The position numbers and the translations under genes were made by a program. Positions 11,591-22,265 of a DNA stretch of 60,000 bases are shown here, in pieces. This stretch comes from Laetmonice hystrix (Eukaryota): assembly GCA_965235115.1 (NCBI GenBank), contig OZ249436.1:33978001-34038000 (forward strand), written 5' to 3'. Under the pieces are notes generated by a model. That model was not told the DNA's origin, made no database searches, and worked only from the letters and a program-made list of their open reading frames with translations. Position 1 is the first letter of the stretch. Every line of letters starts with the position of its first letter.

Positions 11591-11763
11591 GTCCGGTGGC
11601 TATGGTCAGAACTGAACACTGTTGTCCGGTGGCTATGGTCAAAACTGAACACTGTTGTCCGGTGGCTATGGTCAAAACTGAATACTGTTGTCCGGTGGAT
11701 ATGGTCAAAACTGAACACTGTTGTCCGGTGGCTGTGGTCAAAACTGAATACATGTACTGTTGT
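11591..11763 (+). repeat. 33-bp minisatellite, about 5 copies
   Basis: Unit GTCCGGTGGCTATGGTCAAAACTGAACACTGTT repeated head-to-tail with few substitutions and no spacers. Confidence 0.95.
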
Positions 11764-14700
11764 CTATGGGAGTCGCGTGTTGGTAAGTCATGGCCAGTGG
11801 TGAATTGGCGTGTCACGGTTTACCGTTGTATAGGTAAGAGAATACGATGAGGCATGGTATTGAGAGATTAACCACCAAATAACTTAATGTTAGTTTTTTT
11901 TATTTGCAGACCTTTTTTCTTGGAAATGTTCCGAATTTAAAAACTAAACCATAGTGTAAGAAAAGTATCCATTTATTTTTTTAAAGGTTGTTTGAGCATA
12001 TAAGGGAAGGGTTATACAAACGTATACATGATTTAGTGATAAGCCTGCGATCAAATGGAAATATTCTTCAGATTACTATGGTGCAGACGCGATTCTTGGG
12101 TATGTATAGGTGACAGTGCCCACACTCCAAAGGTTTACCGTTAAAAACAGGATATGATATGTGACGGTGCGTTATTAAAGCTTTTAATGTATGTTGTACG
12201 TTGGCGTGAAGAATGCTAACTTTGCCCATGTCCTCTCCGCTCCGTCACCAGTGGTTTCTGATGATTTGAGCAGAAACATTTTGAACATACCAACCACACG
12301 TTACATGATATGCTGCACACTTTGAACTGGTAGAGGTACTTATCGGAGAAGTGAGAGAAATAGACATTTCTGAATTTGTGAGTCTTCTAATGATGCCGGG
12401 ACAGGTGCTGTGGGGTCAGAGTTGGGGTGGTCTTTTGACCTTGTCCTAGCGGCAGTGGCTGACCTCTAGCTGTGCCAGGGAGGCCAGAGGCGGGAAGAGG
12501 TCGACTTGGCCGCCGTTCGATTCCAGGCACATTCACATGGATGGCCGGTGCCAGTTGGTTCTGATTGCAACATGTAGATAACTGTAGGGTTTGGGGGATG
12601 ATAAATTGAAGTCCGGTACCCGCGAAAAGTCGAGTAAAACCGTTAAGTGTGACGCCAAGGTTGGCGCGTAATCTGAGTTTTCTACGTCTGCCGTACCACT
12701 TACTGGGTGGTCAATCGCCCGTGGGAGAATATATACGTATCCACATGTATGCCCACTGTGACAGTTATTTTCAGTTTTTCAAAACTTATTTATGACCCCC
12801 GCCAAAGCCACCACCGCGTGGTCTCTTTAGAGCCTAATCACTGCAGAGGTTACCGTTGGAAATAGTTAAGCCGGAATTTTAGTCCTGACAGAGCAAAGGA
12901 CAGGGGTTGTCCGTCATTTTCTCTCATGTTTTGAAGTGGTCGCCTGGTCACAGTTTGAGACTGAAGGTTAAAGGTGGCCGTGCCAGACCACCTGGTCCGA
13001 TACCTTCAAAGTGACCACTGGCTACTGTTGAAAGCCCTGCATTCGGGGCTCATTATGGCCTGTTAATTGAGGGAGAAGGTTTGGGTGGGTACCAGATTGA
13101 GCATGACTCAGATAATACCCTTCACATCGGCTGGCTTTCTTTCAGACAGACACTTTCAATGGCAACCGATGGGTGCACTTCTTAAAGCATTAATTATGCT
13201 GCATTTCAAGTAAGGCTGCTCACGAGGTTGACATGAATGCGTTTTCTCTGACAATATTAGGCACGGGGCCAATAAAAACGTGACCAGGCTTTCTGCGCAA
13301 ACCTGTGGCATTGTAGTCGAAGTATGTCGTCAAACAGTATATTCTTTTCTTCGGGATTATTATGGAAACCAGAACCTCATTCACAGCCTTAGAAGTTCGG
13401 GTTCACAGAATCTACCATCGTCTGGTATAATTGGTATAATGTATTGATAGATATGATGACCGTGCTCACATGAATGATGTGGTTCCAATGTTCCTTCGCA
13501 TCATTCGATACCGGTAAGCAGTTGTTTGCCTTCAAACACGTCCCTTAAAAAGTTCGACTGAGAACCTTATACTCTGAACACATGCTGGGTGGGATTATGA
13601 GACTCCAGGCTATCGCAACTTTGAAAGAGGCCCATGCATTTTTTCCTATTGAAACAATTTAAGGTGAATAAAATGAAATATGAAACTTCCCCTATCTGCA
13701 AATGCGGCAATAAAGGGATAATTATGTTGAATCCAAACACATGTACAGTAGCAGTATGGCTTAGTAAGCTTATAAGTACCCCCGCAGTCAGTACATGGGA
13801 GCCTTGAGATGTATAATGTCTTGCAGGTCTGTCAAAACCACATTAAAAAGACCTATAAGTATACATGTACTAGTATAGGTTATTTTTGCCGGTGATATGA
13901 GTAATTTGTGATATGAGTGACTTGGAACAGGCTGTAAGTCCGATATTATATGTAATGCAGTGGAGGCCTGGGAACCATTATATTCATAATATGCTTTAAA
14001 AAAACAAATGTGAGAATTGCTTATTTTGGTGGTGCCAGCCCAAGTAAAGTAATGTTAAGATTAAATTAAGAAAGATTTCCATCGGCACTTATAAGATGCT
14101 GGGAAACAAGTAGGACTTCGGTAATATATTGTTCTGGCATTGGCTAACTACAGGTAATATAGTCATCTACTGCACAAAGTATATAAGCTTATAAAGAGAA
14201 ATGTAGCTTGTACGTTTGTAGTTTACTGTTATCTGGTACAGTAGTTTGCAACTGCTGCATGTAGTGGCGGGTTGTAAACGGCCCCCATGTTCACAAGATG
14301 CGCACACAGAGTGCTTCTGAACTCGTCGTCAAGGGAAATAGGGAGGAAGTGTTGATCGTTGACCTGGTCAGCGTTATCTCAGTTTGCCTCACTGACCAGC
14401 AGGGCTCGTTAGGAGCACACAGGCCTGAAATGAAAGCTTTAAGCACGGCGTTAGAAGGATCCCGACAGCAGGGGTCACCAGCGATACGAACCCGTGCTGG
14501 AGGTCGCATCCTGGGCACAGCATGTGAAGGAGGACGGCCGGACCCCGGGCTGCCCCTCGTCTGTATGCATTGAGGCGGAAATTGCAAATTTCCTTGCAAA
14601 TTTGCTGTATGTGTGTACTTTTTGGTGTGGGTAAGATGATGAGGTTGTGGATGTGGTCATGTCGCCGTGTCTAAGGTTGCTTTCCCGTGTCCGGGGTGTG

Positions 14701-16308
14701 TCAACATGGTGATGGTAAGGGGACCGGGGTTGGAGGTCGGGTGGGGTGGGGGTGACCAGCTCGGACAGGGGTTAGGTGGGGTTGGTAGTGGTCAGGGGGT
14801 GGGGTCACTAACAGGTCCTGCCCCTGTGTGTTACCACCAGGCGGGTCACTAACCCATGCTCACGGAGGCCATGCTCCGGGACCTTGTGGCAAAGGTTGGC
14901 CACAGGACCAGGAAGGGGTTACCAGGGGTGACTGGAGGTGGTGCAAAGGCTAACAACCATCAGAATGTGCCAGGTCAGATTCAGTGTTAGAAAGGCCAAG
15001 AGGCACTTTCTAAACGTCCACTTTGTTGTAGTCTAATGAAATAAGTGTCAAAGAAAGGGTGTAACAATACATGATGTCTCCATCTTGAAACATCTATTTT
15101 TGAACAAGACACTTATAGCGCCACGTACAATTAGATGTCGGCTTATGTCTGTGTAGCAAAGCTAATTATCAGTTGTTAATTTTTGCCACCAGCTCTTAAA
15201 CTAGGAAAGATAATATACAACATATACCAGGTGCAAACATCTGATGTCAAATTGAACTGCAATGGGAATTGCCCCAAAAAGGTCTGGAAATCTGAACCAA
15301 AGCTAACCTGGACGGACAAAAAAAGCCAGCATTACTGAACTGAACTGAACTCAGGAAAATGTTCAGCCAAACCGAATCAAACAAAGCAGAATGATAATTA
15401 ATCTTGATAATTGATATCCTATGATGAGGTGGCAGTGCAACACGTTATCCATCATGACATCCTCGAGGAGGTTAGAGAAATATTTGATGAGGTGTCAATG
15501 ACACACCGTCACACGTCTATCAATGCCTTCTCACGATTGAGACGCAGGTTACAACTATAATAAGCGAGATAGAACGGAGAAATCATATTCCTGTTAATAA
15601 ACTCAACCCAAAAACAATGTAGATATTCTTTGTTCTTTGTATTCAGCAAAGATTGTTCAGATAATGCAGCAAGGCTAGTTGATTATAGAATAGCCTTAGA
15701 GAACATGATATCTACGAGGTCAGAAAGGTGATGCATGGATGGGGGCGGGGGGGGGGGGGTCAAAAGAGGAAGGGGGAAAGGTTGCCATTAGACAGAAGGA
15801 TGAGTCCCAAATATAATTAGCCCCAACCCCATTTATTAATTAAGAAAAATAGCTTCTCTCCTCCAAATTTCAGTAGCTTCACAGAAAAGCTATGTTTAGA
15901 AATACAAAAAAAATGGGTATTACGGATTCGTCGCAGTGTATAACAGTAAGAAAAGATGTATTTTTCCCCCAAAAATATTCGTCAGTAAGAAATGTTATAT
16001 AGGTTCACATTAAACGTGTTCATATCAAGCAGAGTACTAGAATATTATTTTGATTCTGACATTCTAGGAGTGCAATCAGTGTTTACAAAAACCTTGTGGA
16101 TTTGCATGCGATTTCACGCTCTTTTCCTGTCAAGACCTATAGGTATAAACTACAACACTTGGTATACACATAAATTTGATCATGTTTCAACATTAAAAGC
16201 AATGCCTCTAGAAGGTAATAGGTTTCTCATTGGTACATCTGGATTAGATGTTTTGTTGTAAGCATATTTTCTGCTTTTATTTGACCTGCATGAATCTGCA
16301 TGCCTGTG

Positions 16309-16443
16309 CAGGGTTTCTTGCAGGCCCGTTTGCGGAGGGAGGGGGGACCTCCAAATCAATCAGGTTTTCTGGCTGTATATTTTCTACCATCTCAAAGTGC
16401 CCCCCCCCCCCCACCAAAAGCCGAAATCCTCCAGGAAACCTTG
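16309..16443. mobile_element. Short MITE with CAGGGTTTC-type TIRs
   Basis: CAGGGTTTCTTGCAGG at the left versus CCTCCAGGAAACCTTG at the right, with internal poly-G and poly-C tracts. Confidence 0.55.
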
Positions 16444-17494
16444 CTGTTTAATAATGAACATCTGGCACATACATGTATATTTGAAGGACCGAGATAATTC
16501 TGTCATATTAGCAATGTACATGTATGTTGAACATTGTCAGATGTCATGTGAGTGCAGGATAGGATGTACTTGATGGCCGCCAACTGTGTTAAAGGTCAGC
16601 GAGTGGTTTGGCAGCACAGTGGGTCAGCATAGTACATACGGTAGGTCATCCATGCAGTCTGACAACATAGTTCTCCTACCCATTCATTTCCTTGCCATTA
16701 GGTGTCTGATTGTTGTACAACGCACACATATGTATACAGAAGAAAAAAAAGTTCATACCCAAGACATTGACACAGCTTGAAACCTGGGTCTTTGGGCAGG
16801 GCATTGGAGTTACGTATGTCAGTTGGCTGTAGAGGGGGCGTGTCACCCGTATAGAGGATCTGCCGCTCAGGTGAGTCTTGATTTCCTGGTGTCCATGGAA
16901 GTGTGGCAGACCACATGGGGAGACTCTTAAATAGTGTATTGTATCATTGATAACAGGTTGGCTGACATGTAAATGGTAGTATCTAAATTGTATTTACGTT
17001 AATTCACTATAGATGTCGAAATTTACTGTTAGCAATTGACTTGTCATTTTAGCAAAGGGTCTGACATTACATCATTGAATATGCTTTATTAATATTTACA
17101 TCAGTACCTTGTATATAATTAAATATTCATACATGGCTCTCTGTGTATAGTGCCTGAAGGTGCAAAAAATTTGGAATTGTTTTTATGATTGATATTTAAC
17201 ATATTTTGTATTTAACACATGTATTAATTGGATACAGTAGATTCGGTAATACATTGCTCTATTCCAGTGTTCGTTAGCATTTCTTTTAGGAAATAATTTA
17301 AGAGAATAACGTTGTATTGAAAGAGTACCGATACTCTGTTTTTGATGTATGTTTTCAAATTGTTTATCAATATTATATGTTTGCCAAAATACACATGAAT
17401 GTTGATTGGTATAATGTTTGAATCATTCTATTAGAAAACATAAAGTCAACTCGAGCAGGACCTTTTAACAGGGAATCAACACAGCATTCCCAGA

Positions 17495-17645
17495 CAGTGC
17501 GGGTCCAGGGGGCCCAAGTCCCCCTTAGATTTTTTGTTTTTTGTTTTAATGAAGATGGATTAGTATGGTCACAATCAAATCATGCTGAGCATAGCGAGGC
17601 TAAAACTAATTTAGGCGGATTTTTAAAATCCTGGATCCCCCACTG
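17495..17645. mobile_element. MITE of the CAGTG...GGATCCCCCACTG family
   Basis: CAGTGCGGGTCCAGG and CCTGGATCCCCCACTG are inverted ends. The right end is shared with 20220-20377. Confidence 0.6.
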
Positions 17646-19502
17646 CTCTGCCAGGTTATGAAATGGCACTTTGGCGCTTACCATATACGGGGCCAAGACC
17701 TTCTGTAGAAAACACTCTCATTTTAAGTGCTAGCACATTTTCAAATATATTTTCCCCATTTCAGATTATTTATATGAACATATTTCTAGGCTTTACCACC
17801 AATATACCACCATATCATTTCTCCAAATTTAGAGCACGATTAACCCATGACATATTATTTAAGAAACCCCCAGATGCTTCTGATCTGATCTCCATATGTC
17901 TTTAAGAGGGAGGGATTGAAGCAATTGACAGTTAAAGTTGCGTCTGGATTATTTAAAGAGTTAATATCATCACCAATAATGGAATGTACAGACTTTATTG
18001 CGTTTTGTAATCTGGACGTAAAGTCTTTTTGAACAGTAACAGGCAGGATTACTTCTTTTTTAAACTTTCTTGAGCTGAGAACAGTTGACGTGGCCGTGCC
18101 TTAATTGTTTTGTAAATCAACAAGATTGGACCCAATCCAAACATCATTTAGGGCAAGTCAAAGCAATATATGATGGTGTAGAATTTCAATTTTCCAATTG
18201 TTTGATTGTATTTGACTGCTGATGGTGTGCTCTCCCCTGGGGGCAGCAGACAAGATAATGGCCCTGTACATCACTGAACTGACCATCCTTGAACACACAA
18301 TGGGATGACCGCAACTGTGTTGAACAGCCAACATATGGTCTGCCTATAATGATGGCCACACCATTAGCGCCAGGCCATGAAGCCGACGGACCTCCAAAAG
18401 CTTCCCCACCAGGGAAGATGTGATTTCAATAATGAAATTGTTTGACGGTTCTATATAAACTTGACGCCAGCTCATTTGGCTCCTGTATCCAACTTCTGTA
18501 GGGGTCGCTTTGATAACTTAACAGTTGGATCAGATATAGGATGACAACTTTCAGGTAAATTATTTTAAGCCTACTTGAGTTGTGGGTCAGGTTTCGGGAA
18601 TAAATCAGCGAGGCTGCAATAAAGGGGCAATGGAGTGAGGGTGGAGGTATTGTTGGAGTGTAGGATGGGAGGAGAGGTAGGGAGATGGCAGGGAGATAAA
18701 GCAGGAGCCAGTCCTGATTGTGCCAGTCCCACTGATGAGAGGGGAGGGATAGCAGTAGGGCCAGGCTATCATTATTACCCCAGTCAAGGGTTCCACAATG
18801 GTGAGGCCCCAGTGGTCATGGGCAGCTTTGGGGTGGTCAGTCCCACCGACACGCCCCCTCTGCGGGACTCAAGTGGGGCGGCATTGGGGCTCAATGGGGC
18901 AGTACAATGGGGATGCCATGGCCCTCGAGTATTGCGCTAAGGCTTGGGGGACCTCTGGCTCGGACATGTGCTATATGGCATCATAGGGATGGGACGGTGC
19001 CCAGAAATAACACATTAAAGTCATTAACAGTTCGGTAGGATGACAATAGCTTAAAGTTGTGTACGGCAACATACTTGAATACGTTGATATTTGGCCTGCG
19101 TGTTCAAGGATTTAGATATTTGTATGGCACCAGTCCCTTCAATACGTTTGACTCCTAGTGAACACACCTCTTGAAACGTAACCCGTGATATGGCCCGCGT
19201 TGCAGAAGTTTTGTCCTAAATTGCGATAAGAGAATCCTCGTAAATTTTAAGATACGAGAAAATTTGCGAACATTCGTAAATTGCGTTTCAGAACAGCTTT
19301 CGTATATCTGAAATTGCACATCTTAAATTTACGAATAAAATCGTAAATATTTTACGAGAATTCTCGTATATTGATTAAGGAAATGTTAACTTGTGTCGTG
19401 ACACCTGAATAGATCTACGCACAGGTCTTGACATGTGCTCCGGTTTATCTGTTGTTTTTGCAGAACGAATGTTTATGTTTTGATGATGCGGCCACCATTT
19501 TC

Positions 19503-20596
19503 CATGGGCGTCGAAAGGTGGGGGGGGGGATATCTGATTTAGGAAAGGCGTACAGCGTCAGCAGACAGCAGGTCTGATTCCCTAAGCAGTATAACTATAA
19601 GCGCGTTGAACTGGATCCGATATGTTGGCATGACGTTGTCCGTCTCTTTCGTTAATTAAAATGCCAAACCAGGGCTAAAAATGAGTGAGTTTGTGGGGGA
19701 GGGGGCGAGGGGGGAAAGCATATTTTTGCCCCCCTAGCTCAAGGTGGCAGGAGATGTCAGGCGTCAGGCACTTTCTTTGCTTAACCACATCGAGTTGTCT
19801 AGATCTATAGCCATATCTGATAGATGTGCGATTTTTGCTAATTAAAAAAATGTTATTTTTAGCTACCTCTAAGACCTTGGAGTTTGATCCCCGATGCCAG
19901 GAAAACGCGTATTTGGCACTTTAATTTTTATTTTTTTTCGGGGGAAGGGCCCCCAGACCCCGCTCGCATGACCAGCATTTCGAATCTTGGAACTTGGGAC
20001 CTATGATTTGGTCTTTGCCCCCCACCTGTGAATATCTTTCGCCGCCTATGTAGTGCACATAATTTTAATTAATTGTCAAATGCTTGTGGCAGGCGCCCCC
20101 CTGATCCATCTGCGCATGCATGTTGCATGCTTTAGATAGGGAATCGGAGGGGGGGGGGAGTCGTGACCCCCCTTCTCTCGGTTATTTCCCCCCTCTATTT
20201 CTAATAAACATGCATTAATCAGTGGGGTGTCCAGGATTTTGATATTGGGGTGGGGCCCACCTACAAAAAGAAATTATCCTCGATACGCTCGGCATGATTT
20301 AATGTTAGCTGTACTAAGGCATCTTCATACAAAAAAGGAAAATCTAAAGGGGCTGAGCCCCTCTGGATCCCCCACTGATTAATACATTAATTTTGACCAA
20401 AAGGTCGGTACCCAAAACTCTTCGGTTTGATGCAGAGAAGCCGGGAAATAGCATCTATGGCCTTTTATATTCCCAAACATTTTCAGTCGGAGCCCCCCCC
20501 CCGGCGCGGGAACCTTCTGACTCCCCCCCCCCTGCAAAAAATCCTGGATCCGCCCCTGGTCCCCCCACCACATTTTCAAAGTATTCGACGCCCATG
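19503..20596. mobile_element. Non-autonomous hAT-like element nested in the Harbinger-like element
   Basis: 13-bp perfect TIR CATGGGCGTCGAA/TTCGACGCCCATG. The flanks CCATTTTC and CCATCATC match at 6/8, consistent with an eroded 8-bp TSD. Confidence 0.65.
20220..20377. mobile_element. MITE nested in the hAT-like element
   Basis: CAGTGGGGTGTCCAG and CTGGATCCCCCACTG are inverted ends, with ATTAAT on both sides. Confidence 0.7.
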
Positions 20597-20692
20597 CCAT
20601 CATCAGAAGCAAAGGAAGACGACCGATCTGCATCCAAGCATGTCGGGACTGCAGAAGAAGTGAAAAGGGAAGCCTGGGAGGAGATATCTGGT
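20597..20692 (+). pseudogene. Remnant of a Myb/SANT-like DNA-binding protein exon (Harbinger accessory ORF)
   Basis: VGTAEEVKREAWEEISG matches the K-x-x-AWEEI helix of Myb/SANT-like domains. Removing the hAT-like insert restores an upstream DDAATIIRSK in a shifted frame. Confidence 0.45.
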
Positions 20693-20863
20693 CACTGTAT
20701 CTAGACTCTGCTATTCGCTAAATATGAAGGATTTGTGAGGTGTTTCTCATTTATGAAGTTGCAAATTCTGGTAGTGCCTACTATAGATGTGACGGCAATG
20801 TATATAGTCCTAGGTATAGCAGTTCTCTATAGATCTTTTATTCAAATATATATCATATCTAGA

Positions 20864-22018
20864 TGTTACGCGCCATCGGTCGATCTGACCCATCGGCCGA
20901 TGGGTCAGGCCCATCGATGGATGGGTGGTTGGTAAACGGAACAAATGGATGCAATACATAAAACGGACTATACTGTAGTTATCATGAAGAAAAAAACGTT
21001 TAGCCGTAGGCACCCTAACTTTTAAGACTTTAACAGAACTTGAAATGTGTGTAAAAAAGTTGAGTAGTGTTAACAGCGGGTAAATCCGGGGGTAATCAAA
21101 CATGACAACAATGGTGACCGATCTGGACAGGAGCTGGGTGTGGGGTCTGGACAGGAGCTGGGTGTGAGGCCTGGACAGGAGGTGGGTGTGGGGTCTGGAC
21201 AGGAGGTGGGTGTGGGGTCTGGACAGGAGGTGGGTGTGGGGTCTGGACAGGAGGTGGGTGTGAGGTCTGTACAGGAGGTGGATGTGAGGTCTGTACAGGA
21301 GGTGGGTGTGGGGCCTGGACAGGAGGTCGGTGTGAGGTCTGGATAGGAGCTGGGTGTGAGGTCTGGACAGGAGGTGGGTATGGGGTCTGGACAGGAGGTG
21401 GGTGTGGGGTCTGGACAGGAGGTGGGTGTGAGGTCTGGACAGGAGGTGGGTGTGAGGTCTGGACAGGAGGTGGGTGTGGGGTCTGGACAGGAGGTGGGTG
21501 TGGGGTCTGGACAGGAGGTGGGTGTGGGGTCTGGACAGGAGGTGGGTGTGAGGTCTGTACAGGAGGTGGATGTGAGGTCTGTACAGGAGGTGGGTGTGGG
21601 GTCTGTACATGAGGTGGGTGTGGGGTCTGGACAGGAGCTGGGTGTGGGGTCTGGACAGGAGCTGGGTGTGAGGACTGGACAGGAGGTGGGTGCGGGGCCT
21701 TGACAGGAGGTGGGTGTGAGGTCTGGACAGGAGGTGGGTGTGGGGTCTGGACAGGAGGTGGGTGTGAAGTCTGGACAGGAGCTGGGTGTGGGGTCTGGAC
21801 AGGAGGTGGGTGTGGGGTTGTCTCCTCTAGGTTTTCATGTCATTTCATGTCTCCTGGTTTACCGATGGGTCAGACCCATCGGCACCCATCCACCGATGGG
21901 TCAGACCCATCGGCCGATGGGCCGCGACCCTGGCGCGCCGCGCATCCACCCGTTGGCCGATCCACCGATGGGTCTGACCCATCGGCCGATGGGTCAGATC
22001 GACCGATGGCACGTAACA
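20864..22018. mobile_element. Non-autonomous TGT...ACA element (Ginger-like) with 4-bp TSD
   Basis: About 60-bp TIRs starting TGTTACG(C/T)GCCATCGGTCGATCTGACCCATCGGCCGATGGGTCAG. TAGA is duplicated at 20860-20863 and 22019-22022. Confidence 0.82.
21122..21817 (+). repeat. 24-bp G-rich minisatellite, about 29 copies
   Basis: Unit TCTGGACAGGAGGTGGGTGTG(G/A)GG in tandem. It explains the repetitive ORFs on both strands. Confidence 0.97.
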
Positions 22019-22169
22019 TAGATACTAATCTATCATCTTGCTATGGTTAAACACAAAATTAAAATCTTAAATATTATGGCCGCTAGAAGTGTCAACTAAA
22101 CAATGGGTATATCGCCCATGATAACTTAAACCCCACGAAATTTGGTGGAAAGTAAAGATCCATGGCCCT

Positions 22170-22265
22170 GACCTTATCCCTAACCCCTAACCTCAGTCCC
22201 TACACCTCCCAAAAACATATTCCTATACTATCCCTATCCCTATCCTTAACCTTAACCCTAACCCA
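22170..22265 (+). repeat. Degenerate telomere-like (CCCTAA/CCCTAT)n tracts
   Basis: CCCTAACCCCTAACC and CTATCCCTATCCCTATCCTTAACCTTAACCCTAACCC. Confidence 0.6.

Noticed and set aside
11591..11763. 33-bp repeats as a CRISPR array
   Set aside because: The units are contiguous with no unique spacers, there are no cas genes, and the context is eukaryotic.
20810..21610. 266-aa ORF with (SRPHTHLL)n and the opposite-strand GSGQEVGV ORFs
   Set aside because: These are translation artefacts of a 24-bp minisatellite inside a TIR element.
22170..22265. Interstitial telomere or chromosome fusion site
   Set aside because: Short, degenerate, single-orientation and located inside a transposon.
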